DNA of 63,607 nucleotides, counting the filler, from Choristocarpus tenellus KU-1152 (taxonomy: Eukaryota; Protista; Phaeophyceae), in the NCBI GenBank assembly GCA_964200185.2. It is 12 parts of 12 records of this genome, joined end to end, with 100 filler letters (N's around TTAATTAATTAA, not from the genome) between each part and the next. Parts side by side here need not be neighbours in the genome. Positions count along the whole stretch, not along the records: positions 9,255 to 14,169 come from CAXNAD020012552.1; positions 14,270 to 19,461 come from CAXNAD020011556.1; positions 19,562 to 22,340 come from CAXNAD020024824.1; positions 22,441 to 26,436 come from CAXNAD020016755.1; 8 more parts are not named here. The stretch is one strand, 5' to 3'. Position 1 is the stretch's first letter, and each line of letters begins with the position of its first letter. Of this stretch, positions 13,150 to 25,717 are shown piece by piece. The translations under genes were made by a program, and so were the position numbers. The notes under the pieces are model-generated. The model was not told where the DNA came from. It did no database searches and saw only the letters and a program-made list of their open reading frames with translations.

Positions 13150-14269
13150 TCGAAGGATCGCGTGGCTTATACAATCGACAAAGAGGGGACTGTCGCCTAA
13201 GTACTCCTACACCTCCTTGAGGAGCGAGTAGGTTGTAAAATCCCTTCTCATGGCATATGATGAATGTTTTCGTATTTTTATGTATAGTGCTTCTCTGTGT
13301 TGTACCTGTTGTAGCGGGGCCTCCTCTGGTGTATGAGGGAAGGAGAGGGCAGAGGTGTTGTAGGTGGCGTATGTATTGTGTTGTGTGGATTAGCGGTGAA
13401 GGGGAGCAAAGCAGCACGCACGAAACGTGTGTGTGTGTGGTGCATTTTTTTAGGAAGTCTGTGTCAGTCCCTGTCATTGTGCAAGCGATGCAAGGAGCGT
13501 AAGGCTTGATAGGGGAGCGATGGAGATGAGTTGTCAGTAGATGGTTGGCTGCTGCTTCCCTTGCACTTAGTCTGTTCCTTGTTATGAGTAGTTCGTTCGT
13601 TCAATAGAGTATTATCACTGCTGACGGGAGTTCTATGAGAACAAACGTTCAGTAGTACTATTTTTACTTGTGAATGTACTACTTAGTACGCAGTCACAAC
13701 ATACTGTAACATTGATATTCATTCTAACAACTATATTCTCAAATCGATTTATTTTTGCAAGATTATTGCAGTCATTACCTCAACGATGTTTGCAAGTCCT
13801 TGGGTTATCCTTTGTGTCGCTTCCTTCCCCTTCACGACATTATCTGTAAAGTGCTGGTGGGTGCAATAAAATGGAAGTGCGTTCCGTCCAGAGCATTGTC
13901 ACGTAGAGTGTGCTACCTTTTTTCGTAGTGTTACAGTTTTGTTGAAATTCGAATAATTTTTGTTGCGCCAGTGTGATTTAATGTTGCCTAATATGATTTG
14001 ATATGATTTAATATGATTTAATTTGATGTAGTATGATTTGTTATGATTTCATCTGATTTCATCTGATTTATTTTAATGTAATGTATTTATTTTATTATTA
14101 TGCCCTCTGACATTTTGCAGATGTGTCAGGGGGAAAACAAATGAAAACTATACCTATGTCAGTATAAGCNNNNNNNNNNNNNNNNNNNNNNNNNNNNNNN
14201 NNNNNNNNNNNNNTTAATTAATTAANNNNNNNNNNNNNNNNNNNNNNNNNNNNNNNNNNNNNNNNNNNN

Positions 14270-17200
14270 AACCTCAACTCCTGAGGGGATCACTGAACCC
14301 TCTGCAGTGCTGACAGTTACATTGCGGACTGCTTTCCCTCCCCCTCCCCCTCCCCCCCCCCCTCCTATCACTTCAGTTGTACCCTTAGCAAGTGCCAAAA
14401 CAGGGCCAAGACCATCCTTGCCGGCATACTTGATGAGCTCCGCCAGAAACCTCTTGAGAAAGCAAAGGCGAAGGCCTTGCAGAGACACATTAATCTTTGA
14501 TTCACGCCTCACCTTACCCCCCTCATCACCTGCCATACTTGTCCAAGCATCCTCATGGTCACTTCCTCCATCGCTAAGCCCAGAAGTAGAAGGGGTAGCC
14601 GGGATAAGCTCAATAGACAGAGCTGGGGAACCTCTCGGTAATGGCTGTGGGCGCTCAGATCCACCCCTCATTTGCCTACGGCCATCACTGGGACCAGGGG
14701 TGCTGCCCCTCCCCTCCCCCTGCCCTCCATGGCCCCGTTGTTGTTGTCCTTTGAGGGTGATGACCTCATGGTGCAGCTGACCATCTGGTGTAAGGTCCAT
14801 CAACCCAAGGCCATCCACGTTTAAGCGGAGGAACTTCATGGAGCTCATCTGAGTCCACTTCATGGCCCTGACCCTGCTCACTCCATTGATCCCTGCACCA
14901 GCAACAGCCTCTGCAGCTCCTGCTGCCAGCGTTGGTCCCCTGTCTCTTGATTCTTCCCCCGCTGACACCCTAACCCTGACTCCACCACGGCACCGGACCC
15001 ACCAAGACTCAGAGACGGTCTCCATGGCAAGGCTACTCACTGACAGTTTCGCCAGCGGACGACTGTCCAGGGAGAGCAAGCAATTGAAAGACACCACACT
15101 GAACTGGATGTTGGTGCTCATCATTGGTCTTGGGAGTTCAAACGCCAAACCCTCGTGGAAACCGACCCAACCCCCATCCTGCACACAGTCCCAGCTATTT
15201 CCCCTCCTGTCCACAGTAGCATAGTCACCACCCGTAGCATGTCGAGATCTGTCCACTCTCACCCGGCTACCACTGTGGACACCGATGTGGCCTGTAGGAG
15301 GTGTGGGGCTCGTGATACCTCCGAAATCAGGGGCGGTTGCAGCTGGAGAGGGTGGCGGCCACTGCGACATCGGGGTGCCTCTCTTCAAGTCACCTACCTC
15401 TGACCCCTCAGCCCAAGTCCCCTCTACTTCCATCCCAACCCCTGCCCCCCCTGCTGAAGCTCCATTTTGTGAAGTATGCACCTCTGTAGGACACTGTGAA
15501 GCCCTTATCAGCGTGTGGGCAGTGGACACCATAGACAGGAGTCCCCCGGGAGACACCACAGTGACAACCCGATCCAGGGCAAATGTTGCTCGTCGCTCAC
15601 GGTCTCTGCGTAGGATCTCCAGCAGGCGACGGTCGGGACCTTGCCCTTTGCGTAAGGTGCCCATTGCTAACGATGTTGCTGCCGCCAGGAACTTGGGGGG
15701 ATCTCCCCCCGCCCCAAAGATGTGCCTAGGAGAGTTAAGCGGGCATGGCCAGGGATCAGGAGGAGAGAAGTGGGAAGTGGGAAGTGAGAAGTGGGAAGTG
15801 AGAAGTGGGTGGGGGAATGGGGGTAGGGAGAGTCTGGTGCGGGAACTGTCATCACCTCAACGAAAAATAAAATAAGACGTTACTAACAGACAAAAAGAAA
15901 AACGCAATCAAAATCCAAGGAGAACTAAAACAGCTCTAGAGCCACCCACCACTCTTATCCCCGCCACAGACACACACCTGTCACTCTCACCTAGAATCAT
16001 GAGCCACAAAGGTCAGCCGGACAGCGAAGGGCTTCCCCCTCTGACTCGATGCCCTTGCCGCTGCTGCCGCCTCTACACTCCTCCGGGCCCACTCAGCATC
16101 CCCCTCCCGGCCCCTTCGGGATGCCCGGCGGTGTCGTGCTGCTGGCCCTCCCCAGCCCTTGCCTCCACCACTCTGACTTCGAGGTCTTCCGCCTGCCCTA
16201 AGGGATGAAGAGGATGAATAAGGCATACTCTCTTTATCTCTTACTCGCCTGCTGAAGGAGGAGTTGGCTGTGCCCTTGCCACCTCTCCCCCCTCCCCCCG
16301 AAGAAGTGGCAGCGCCCCGCTGAGAGTCAACGACACCGCCTTCCGAGGGATTTGCCACACAACCAGCTTCAAGGATGCGTATGCCATCCTCATCTAGGAT
16401 AGCAATGCCATCGGCAGTGGCACTCACACGGTGATCATAAGTGAGGCGATGGTGTGAGAAAGTAAGCCCAGACACCTGTGACATTAAATCATAGAAAATC
16501 AGCAAAAGAGCCAAGGGAGTACAGAAAAGATTCGGGGAGGCGTACATTGGAGCCCAGACATTGACAAAAACGGCAGGTATGCCTTCGTGGCCAATGTCTG
16601 TGCTGGTGACGGCCTAGCGGATGTGTCTGGTGTGGAGGTGATCGGGTCCTGGGTATCCAAACCAATCGAGAGACACTGCCGCCGTTGATGCTACGCTGTA
16701 TAGAATGTTGAGAAGCTTACCGGAAGTAAGGCTCGTCGCCCAAAGCCACTGACTGAGTTACATTGTATGGTTGAGTTACATGGTACAACAGCATTCACTA
16801 AATCATCAATTGCCCGCCAGGTTTCCAACACTGGCTCATCATACCGTTTCCACGTTATGAATGGTATTGTACCAAACCAAATATAAACGTATATGAAACC
16901 TATGTTATATAGTGTATCAGCACATTCAATGTAAGGATAACATAATACTAGGTTAGTCAACATGCAAGGTGAGGTATATCACACGTGGTACAGAGTAGAT
17001 AAGAGTACGTGGGACCTGTAACCAAGGATGAGGTACGACAGCATTATGGGGTAAGGACAGGGTGCAAAAGGGCATTTGGATGGGGTATTCCTCACCTCTC
17101 CCACCTATGGGGTGTCCAGTGCTGCCAACCTGTAAGGTATGTTTGAATTTGGTTCAATTCCCTCTCGTGGACTTGTGCGTCCACAGACATGCACATCCCC

Positions 17201-18552
17201 CATCCCTGCCTGATTTCAAAAATCTTTCATGACCCTATGGCCCCATCAAAAAACAAAACAAAAAAAAGATACTCAAAAGCAAATATCGATAAGATAAGAA
17301 AGAGAAACACCAGAAAGAAAGAAAGAAAGAAAGTAAAAAAAGTAAAAAAACTTGCCTGCACGGACAGCGCAGCAGGTGCCTCTATCTCTGAGTTCAAGGA
17401 GTTCAAGGAGTTCAAGGCATCGACCCCTCCATCCCCACCAACATCATGCATCCGGCAAAAGGGAAGAAGAAGCATAGCCCGGGTCACCACTCCCTCCTCA
17501 GCATCCTCTATCTCTGCCTCTGTTGCAATGGACGCACAATCTACCCCTAACCCTCCAACAGTGGTCCCAACATTATCAACAGTGACCACTTTCTCTTTCT
17601 CGGCCATAGTTGCATCGGGAAGAACAGCTTCACCTTCACCATCCCGTGACTGCACTTGAGACCCTTCAAACAGCCCCGTCTGAGATCCTTTTCCCACAAC
17701 CCCCCCAAGCCCAGAAGCACTCTTCACAAGCCTGGGGACCTCCCCCATCACATTCTCCACCACAGCATTGATCGCTGAGGGGGCATGCCCTAGGGCTGCC
17801 ATCTCATCCCGGAACAGCCTGCATGCCTCTCTAAACCCAGGACCCTCTGCAGCACCCCTACCGCCCTCCGCCAGCCTCAATACCACACGACTCACACACC
17901 GACGAGTCCGCTCTCTCCACTGGTCATACCCTCTACCCCCCACAGGTAGCCATGGCTTAGTCAACAGCGGAGATGAGGACAAATGCAGAGGTGATAGTGA
18001 TGGGGGCGGAAGGGGCCCCTCATCTCTACCTCCCACCCCTCCTCCCAAACCAGACTTACCCGAAACCGCTGATGCCGCCGTCGCCGACATCTTAGCCGCC
18101 CCATTCCCCTCCCCCGGAGCTGGCTCACTAGCACCAGACGAGGTGACTCTCCCACCCATCCCCCCACCTCCACTTGAAGGAAGGGGAACGGTGGCTGAGA
18201 CCCCTGCCAGCGAAACGTTGAGCACCAGGGCGGTGAGCTCACTAAGCAGCGCCAGCCGGGGCACAGGGGTGTTCTCACCCCCCCCCGGTGTGGCAGAAGG
18301 GGGGACCCTGATAGGGTCATTGCAGATGTCATTGTTGTGCCGAGGAGTGCTAGACACCTGGGCGTTAGAAGATGCTAGGGTTGGAAAGTAGGAGGACTGC
18401 GGTGATAGAGAAGCAACATCCCATGAACAATTGTACGTTTCGTTTTCAGTTGGCCAAAAGAGGGAAGAAGTGGGGGTAGGGGCTGGACATGCCAGGGCTT
18501 GTGACAGAGAGTGCGTCAGGAAAGAGCAAGCCTTTACCACTTCCTCAGACAC
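14270..18552 (-). CDS. VPS13: VPS13-family (chorein-like) lipid transfer protein, internal exons
   Basis: Exons 18552-17356, 16475-15991 and 15725-14270 join in frame. They contain VPS13-like beta-groove segments (FSVVSFNCLLSLDSRPLAKLSVSSL; INVSLQGLRLCFLKRFLAELIKY) separated by Gly/Ser-rich insertions. Confidence 0.7.
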
Positions 18553-19599
18553 CTGATAGGAGATGCAGCCGCAGCATAGGGGGGGAAGGGGGGGGGGGTC
18601 AAAAGGCAAGGTCAAGTCATTGGAACTGCTTCTCACTTCCAGGGGGGCATGAAGAACTGTTTCTCAAGCACAGGTTGGAGAGAGCAGTGAAGCCCGAGTG
18701 GATAGACCAGGAGGTGAGAGATTTGTGTGTAGGTATTTGAACCACATCAGGGCACCAAAGTAGCTCGTGCTTTAATATCCTTGACTTTTAACAACCGGTA
18801 CAATTATTTGAATCTCAGGTTCAGTGACATTGTGGTCACATATCAGAACAAGCATCCAACCTCGATCAGAAGCTGACGAACCCAGTCTTGTGCATTAAGG
18901 GTACCCTCAAAAATCACAGCAAGTGTAACCACTAGCACCTGCTGCCGACCCCTTCATACCAGTCACTTTCCACACCCACATACAAAAGCAGATCACAGAC
19001 ATGTGGTCCAAATGGTCTACAAGCTGCCCAACCCACACGTAAGCAGGCATCCCATAAGCAAGTGATCACCCCTACCCCCCAAACCGACCCAACAAACCTT
19101 ACCAAACATAAACATCTGTAGTAGGCACAGGCACAATATCCAACACTCACAACAACACAGCATCCACAAAGCCATGACACCATTTCATGCCAGGTCCGCA
19201 CAAACTTATCCACAGCTGGAAACTGAGCCCTAGCCTCTCATCCTACTCATTGCCCCCATAATACTCAGTGGAGTCATGGGGGGGGGGGACTACCTAGAGT
19301 ACATACCTCCACCTCCACAAGGGACAAGATGATGTCAAGCCGGAGACGAGGACGATGTGGATTCCCAACGACCATACACCGTGTCCCTAAGACTTCACCT
19401 CCCCACCCCCCTTCACCCTTGAGAATTGGTCTGACCCGCTCCTCTATAGGCCACTCATTCCNNNNNNNNNNNNNNNNNNNNNNNNNNNNNNNNNNNNNNN
19501 NNNNNTTAATTAATTAANNNNNNNNNNNNNNNNNNNNNNNNNNNNNNNNNNNNNNNNNNNNCGTGGCAGAGACAGGTGGGGGGTGCTGCAGCATCATCA

Positions 19600-20040
19600 C
19601 AAAGACAGTGCAATGAAGTTATCATCTCACCACCCGCATCACCAGCGGTGGAGAGAGAGGGTGATGCAGCGTCATCGCAAAGAGGCAGGGTGCTCAACTC
19701 GCCACCTGTATCACTGTTGGAGGAGAGATATGGTGCTGCCGTACCATAATGGCATAGGGTTTTCGCGTTGCTGCAGACATCAGAATCACCTAGTCACATG
19801 GTGTTCATCTCATCACCAACATCGCCAGAGCGGGAAAGAGGCGGTGGTGAAGTGTCATCACAAAGGGGCAGGGTGTTCATCTCGCCACCCACATCACCAG
19901 TGGCAGACAGAGACGGTGCGTCTGCACCACGATGGTGCAGGGTATTCACAGTGCCAAGGGCATTGGCGCCAAATAGGCACCACAAGGTGTTCATCTCACC
20001 ACCATCATCACCAGAGGCGGAGAGAGGCGGTGGTGCATTG
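19600..20040 (+). repeat. Degenerate tandem repeat with codon-multiple periods (72/111/72/114 nt)
   Basis: Core TCATCTCRCCACC..CATCACCAG recurs near 19620, 19692, 19803, 19875 and 19989, translating as VFISPPxSP repeats. Confidence 0.65.
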
Positions 20041-22312
20041 TGTGGAGGAGGGTTGTAAGGTCATTAGAACACACTCGCACATAGGGTCATTGGACAGGAC
20101 AGCAATTGCAACCTTGGTGATCGCAAATGAAGACAGGGATCCTAGATTAGTCGGAAAACATATTGCCTGATAGCCGCTGTGTGAGACTGAGCGCAAGAGG
20201 GGATGCCTGGCAATGATCCAGTGGGTAATGTCAAGAGGAACAAGTGTCTTTGGGGTGCAGATACCTATGGTCAACCCAGTGTTCACGACAGAGGAGCTGG
20301 TGTACTTTCTTTCCTTGAGGCAGTTGACGGCCAGAAGGGAAACGCCTGAGCGGATATTCCAATCCTTTGCTAGTCACATCTGATAACAGCCTTCTTCAAA
20401 ACTGTCCTATATCCACGTCGCACCATGGGTGAGCCGCAACCACCTCAACAATTACCCTGTACCTTCCACGCAAAACAATGAACAGTGGGGGGGCATGATG
20501 GTACACATGGTGAATATAGAACAAACTCCAGCACTACCTCTTTGGTGTGGGTAGTCATCCCCAGTGAGAAAGCATGACCCCTCCACCTATTGCTGCCTCA
20601 GAAATGAGAGATTGGTGCCGAAAGGAAAGCACTGCCGTTGCCTTCTACCTCGTCCTATCATTCCTGGAAGCACGCCAGTTTAATCAGAGCAATCCGCCCA
20701 GGCCGATCAATGTTGCCACCCTACCCCCTGCTGTGGTTCTAGATACAGGAGAGGACGGTTCCAAGATCGCTCTATCCATGCCATACAGTGTGTAAGTCAT
20801 GTCCACCTGAGCAGTTGCCTTGTGCTCTTTGTGCAAAAACATTGAACACCAGGCAGGTGTGTGTGGGCACACAAGGTTAAAAACGACAGCCTTAAGATTA
20901 TCACCCTGCATAGGTTGTGAGTGTGGCAGGATGTATTTGTTTGAAGCATACACAACATCCAAAATACATGTCCAATAAGTAGGAATGAGTGTGAACCACA
21001 TAGATGCAGGTATTGTGTATGAGTGGGATCAAGAAAACACATCACAAGACACACTCGACTCTTCACAAACCTTTGTTAGTGTAGTTGATCCTCAGTACCA
21101 TTCGAAACAGGAGAGGTAAGTTTCTCCCAGATACTATGTTATGAGTATTTTTACGGGAATATTATTCTAGACAACATACGTCTTCTGGAGGAGGAAGCAG
21201 CGTTTGGCAATCGTCAGATTGCCCACAAATAATGGGTTTGAATGAAATGCTTGCTTTCAAGAATCCTTCCACCACAACACTGTGAGGAGAAGAGAGACAA
21301 AGCTACCACACACACTTGTACAACTCCTCTACCTATGAATCTCTTTGCAGCGAAGGGTGGAGAACATGATTTGTGCCGTACGCTAATGTGTTCCATCCAC
21401 TATATCCTTCTCATTATGGTAAATTTTTCGACGGTCTCAGCACATTTTTCACAATTCTGAAGGGTGGTGCCGTCCCACTCTTATTCTCAAACCTGTGTTC
21501 TAAATAGCATTAACATTCAACTCTATACTTCAAAACATGCAACATGGGAGGATAACTTCAAGCACTAAAAGAAAAAGCAACACATGACAGAATAAATAGT
21601 ATTTCAGAGTACAAATCATCTCAAATACTGAGTACTCAACAGTACATGTCAAACTTCACTGAAGCCATCAATACATGACGAGGGATTGGTGCAATCAAAC
21701 AAAATCGAGCAGGGTTTTGGGTACTTCGGTCAGATTGCGCCCATATACAGTTAACTTTAGGGGATCAAGACGCTATGTACACGAATGCACCTCTCACATG
21801 TATATACACATGGAACAGGGTGTTGGACGTACATGGGGGTATGCGCGTCAAAGTGGACGATGAGTCAGCCTTGTCATGTTCACACCACCAGCTTCCTCCT
21901 TTCCTTGTGTGCACGTCACTGCACAATTATCCAGCTTCAAAATCTTAGTAGGGGAAGGGAGGCTATGGTCAGGGTTAGGGTTAAAGACGTGAGTGATTTT
22001 TCATAATCCAATCGATTTACTACAACTTGAATGGGTTAATATACAATGGCTCTGCAAATTCACAACAAGGAAATGGAATTACACAAGTTTAACGACATAA
22101 AAAGAAAGATTGTGACTTGTTTATAACCACAATAGGCATGCTTGACCTCAATGTCTTAGATATTCTGCAAAGGGCACATGCGCACCATATCTTAGGAACC
22201 TGTTTGGTTTCACACTCAGCAACATTCACGTGTATCACACACACTATATCAATAAATGAGAGATGTAGAGCCCAAGCTGCCTTTTTCAGATCTACTACAT
22301 CATACACAAATT

Positions 22313-22340
22313 GGACCCAAAGTATCTGGGAGGAGGGGAG
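22313..22340 (+). mobile_element. MITE family B left terminus at contig end
   Basis: GACCCAAAGTATCTGGG followed by a G-rich run, same as 26412-26436 and similar to 59955. Confidence 0.7.
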
Positions 22341-22440
22341 NNNNNNNNNNNNNNNNNNNNNNNNNNNNNNNNNNNNNNNNNNNNTTAATTAATTAANNNN
22401 NNNNNNNNNNNNNNNNNNNNNNNNNNNNNNNNNNNNNNNN

Positions 22441-22696
22441 GTCAAAGCATCTTAGAGGGTAGAGCCGTGTCCATTTGGGGGCCAAAATCCAATGTTGCGA
22501 TTTTGATGTAATTTTGGCTATTGCGTTGGTTAGGAAGTGTCAATATCCTTGTTTCGAACGCACCTTTTCATATCGTATATATTTTACCCACTCCGAAACA
22601 TTTCGAAGTAGGATAATGTTATAAAACACCCGTGGGAAGCCAAGTCCCAAATGGACAAACAGGGCAAAACTCGTACCCTCTAAGATACTTTCACTC
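22441..22696 (+). mobile_element. MITE family A copy (first bases cut by contig start)
   Basis: Starts GTCAAAGCATCTTAGAGGGTA and ends TACCCTCTAAGATACTTTCACTC (terminal inverted repeats). Colinear with the 24891-25148 copy. Confidence 0.9.
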
Positions 22697-24029
22697 CTCT
22701 GACTGTGTCTTGTGTCTTGCGACGTGGAGATTCATCCTCAAGATAAACAAGGGGATATTTCGATCATTTTTGGAAACAACGGGTTTATTTGGAACTGGAG
22801 TCCCTGTGCTGGAAACAACTGGAAAATTTGAATCTGGAGGTCCTTGTGAAACCAATTTGGGAAGTATTTCTTTTGGAACTTTTGGCTTGTGATCCAATGG
22901 CAACCAATACATGCTGGTGCAGCACAATTGAGGTGATAGGCGATATTTTTTTTCCTAGGCTATGCCAATCGCTTATGGTAAAAACTAATTTCACTCTGAG
23001 GAGCATGTTACAGGCGATTAGCATCTCTTCTTTCGCGCTCTAACTAGTGTGAACAATCTTGGTATGACATTCCCTAATTATGTTATATTTGCTATGACAC
23101 TCCCAATTTAATGATATTGTGAAATATTGTTCTTATTTGTTTGTATATGACTGTGAGGCATTATCTTGGTGTCCTGCAGTTGTTTGTATTTGTAGTTCTG
23201 AAGGGGGGGGAGTCTATGGCAGTACCCTACTTCAGTGTTATTGTGATTTTGCGCCTGTGTTCATTTGTGTTGATAGTTGTGAATGGGGAAAGTCTTTCTA
23301 TGACACTCCCTATTTTTATGTTATTGTGAGAGGGTTGTCTTTATTTGGTTATATGGTTCATAGTGCGTAGGGAGGGTAAGCCTTTCCATGGCAGCACCCT
23401 ATCTCTTGGTGACTGTCAGACATTGTCTTGGTATCCTGCAGTCGTTTGTGTTTATAGTTATCAGGGGGAGAGTGTTTCCCTGGAAGCACGCTCTTTCTCT
23501 GTGACTGTGGGACATTATTTTTGCCTCTGTATTTCTTTGTGTCCCATGGTTTTGAAAAGGGGAGAGTCCTTTCAGAACGGTAATCCTATTTTGACACACG
23601 AGTATAAGAATCTAGTGTACGAGGTTTCTTTTGAACGTTGAGTCAAATGCAGAGTGAGTGCCGTGAAGTGCTAGTGTGACGCTAGCATATCTATCCTATC
23701 GTCAGGGCAAACTTCGGAAGGGTTTTTTTCCTCCAGGTTTCCTACTCCGTTGGATCCCCAACGCAGGCTAGTGTATGTAAGGACCCAGAGGTGATATTAT
23801 TTTTATTTCTGCAACGTCAATGATAGGGCAAGGATATACAATTTATTTCCTTGTCCAATTGCCTGTTTTTCGCACTGAAGCAGTATTACTTCATGCTAGG
23901 GGGGCATATTGCAGGCGATATGTCTCGATGGCGGTTTCATAAACGCCATTATGACCTATAAGTCGTATATTTTATATATTTGTATTTCTCGACTATTTAT
24001 TTGATATTTGGTAATTATGGTCCCCCAAG

Positions 24030-24420
24030 GAGATGGGACATCGTTGACCAGTTCCTTTCATATCCTGATTATACTTATGAAGTGAATAATTGAAGTGAGA
24101 GGTACGGCATACGTGACGACTTGTGCATCATAGAGCCCTTGTACGAGCTTCATGGTCCGCATACATTCTTATGGGTTGGAGCTGTATATTCCATCATGGG
24201 AAGCTTGTAGAACGTGTTTTAACACATCGCCTTCATACTGCAGCGCTTATCCTGTCCCCATGTGGAGTACAGGTACACGCCTTGCCCATCTTTGAGGATA
24301 TAAAACCACTTCTCGTCCACATGCACCCAGTCATATACACATCAAAATATGTAATATTTATGGTGCATCATTATGTACCCAGAATGTTAAACCTGAACAA
24401 TTTTCGTCCTCTTCAAGTAT
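24030..24420 (-). mobile_element. Tc1/mariner (DD39D, plant/oomycete mariner-like) transposase remnant
   Basis: Minus strand reads YDWVHVDEKWFYILKDGQGVYL, the first catalytic Asp motif of DD39D mariners. Flanks are disrupted. Confidence 0.75.
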
Positions 24421-24650
24421 GCACAGTTCAGAGTAGGTAGATAGTTTACCGGTCTTTTCTTGCGAAAATAAGTATGCAACTATAATAATTTTCTTCTCTA
24501 CATGAGTCTTTACTATTTGTGAAAGGTGTGTGCACAAGCCCTCCACCTACCCCACTCTCCACTATACCCCAATTCCTCCATTATGCAGGGGCATTGGATT
24601 GAGAACTCAGCTAACAACGGGTTCGAGTGTTGGCACAAACATGACAACAG

Positions 24651-25219
24651 ATCAGTACCCTAGCCAGCCCCTCCATCTTATGCTTTTCCCCCACCATTCC
24701 TGCTGCGATGGTGCAGATCTTTAAGTACGGTGTTGCAAGGGGTAGCTATGATAGAGATGGTTCATATTTAACTGGTGAAAGGCGCTATGGCAAAGGAGAG
24801 GGTAGGAGGAGGGGGTGAGGGCAATATAGTGATGAAGCGGTATTCAGTTCATGCTTCGAAATGTTCAGATTTGACGTGATACTTGACAATGAGCCAAAGT
24901 ATCTTTGAGGGTAGAGCCGCGTCCATTTGGGGGCCAAAATCCAATGTTGCGATTTTATTGAAATTTTGGCTATCGTGTTTGTTAGGAAGTGTCAATATCC
25001 TTGTTCTGGATGCACCGTTTTATAACATACACATTTTACCTATTCAAATTTTTTTGGGGTAGGAAAATGTCATAAAATACCCTGAGGGAAGCCAAGCCCC
25101 AAATGGACAAACAGGGCAAAACTCGTACCCTCTAAGATACTTTCACTCAATCACTTGAGGCCACACTTGATTGAGGTGGACTGCTACCCCGCTTTGGGGC
25201 TGGACGGACCTGCCGACAG
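24651..25219 (+). pseudogene. Tubulin-tyrosine-ligase-like (TTLL) pseudo-exon interrupted by a MITE
   Basis: ag|ISTLASPSILCFSPTI...RG*GQYSDEAVFSSCFEMFRFDVILDN[MITE]HLRPHLIEVDCYPALGLDGPADR|gt matches the TTLL consensus CFELxGFDxxLDxxLKPWLxEVNxSP. It has an in-frame TGA plus G>R and N>D changes. Confidence 0.8.
24891..25148 (+). mobile_element. MITE family A, complete 258-bp copy with AAT target-site duplication
   Basis: TIRs GAGCCAAAGTATCTTTGAGGGTA / TACCCTCTAAGATACTTTCACTC. AAT at 24888-24890 and 25149-25151. Confidence 0.92.
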
Positions 25220-25717
25220 GTGAGGTGAGGGCGAGGACGATGCTGGTCCATTGGTGGGGAGGTGTATGTGTGGTTGTTGATGTATGAAAAATACACACCG
25301 TCGGCAGCAGTCTTTTCTCTGTGTGTGCCGGCAAGAAATATATTATAATTCATGGTTGCTGAAGTTCCTGTTCAACAAATTTGTGTTGAAAATTCTGTGT
25401 GGTACAAAACAAGTCTTCCAACTCCTGAGTATGATGACATATGTTCATCTAGAAGCATGAATATATCCTTTGCACCAATCCAGATGAAATCTAGGTTGCC
25501 ACCAGGCCAATAAAAGCATGCATATGAGGACACATAGACATAAACGCTTGAAGAAGGGTATTAAAACTAAGATACCAACTGTATAAACCCGTTGAAGTAG
25601 AGAACGTCCGACCTCTCCAGCACAACATGTCCGTCAAGGCATGTATCCAATTGGTGAAGTAGAGGGTGACTCATGAACAGGAATGGCTTAGGTAGCTCCT
25701 CAAAGCCGTGTCTCTCG

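Noticed and set aside
14307-18391. Long Pro/Ser-rich plus-strand ORFs (also 6618-7331 and 1605-2348)
   Set aside because: Antisense shadows of GC-rich exons on the opposite strand.
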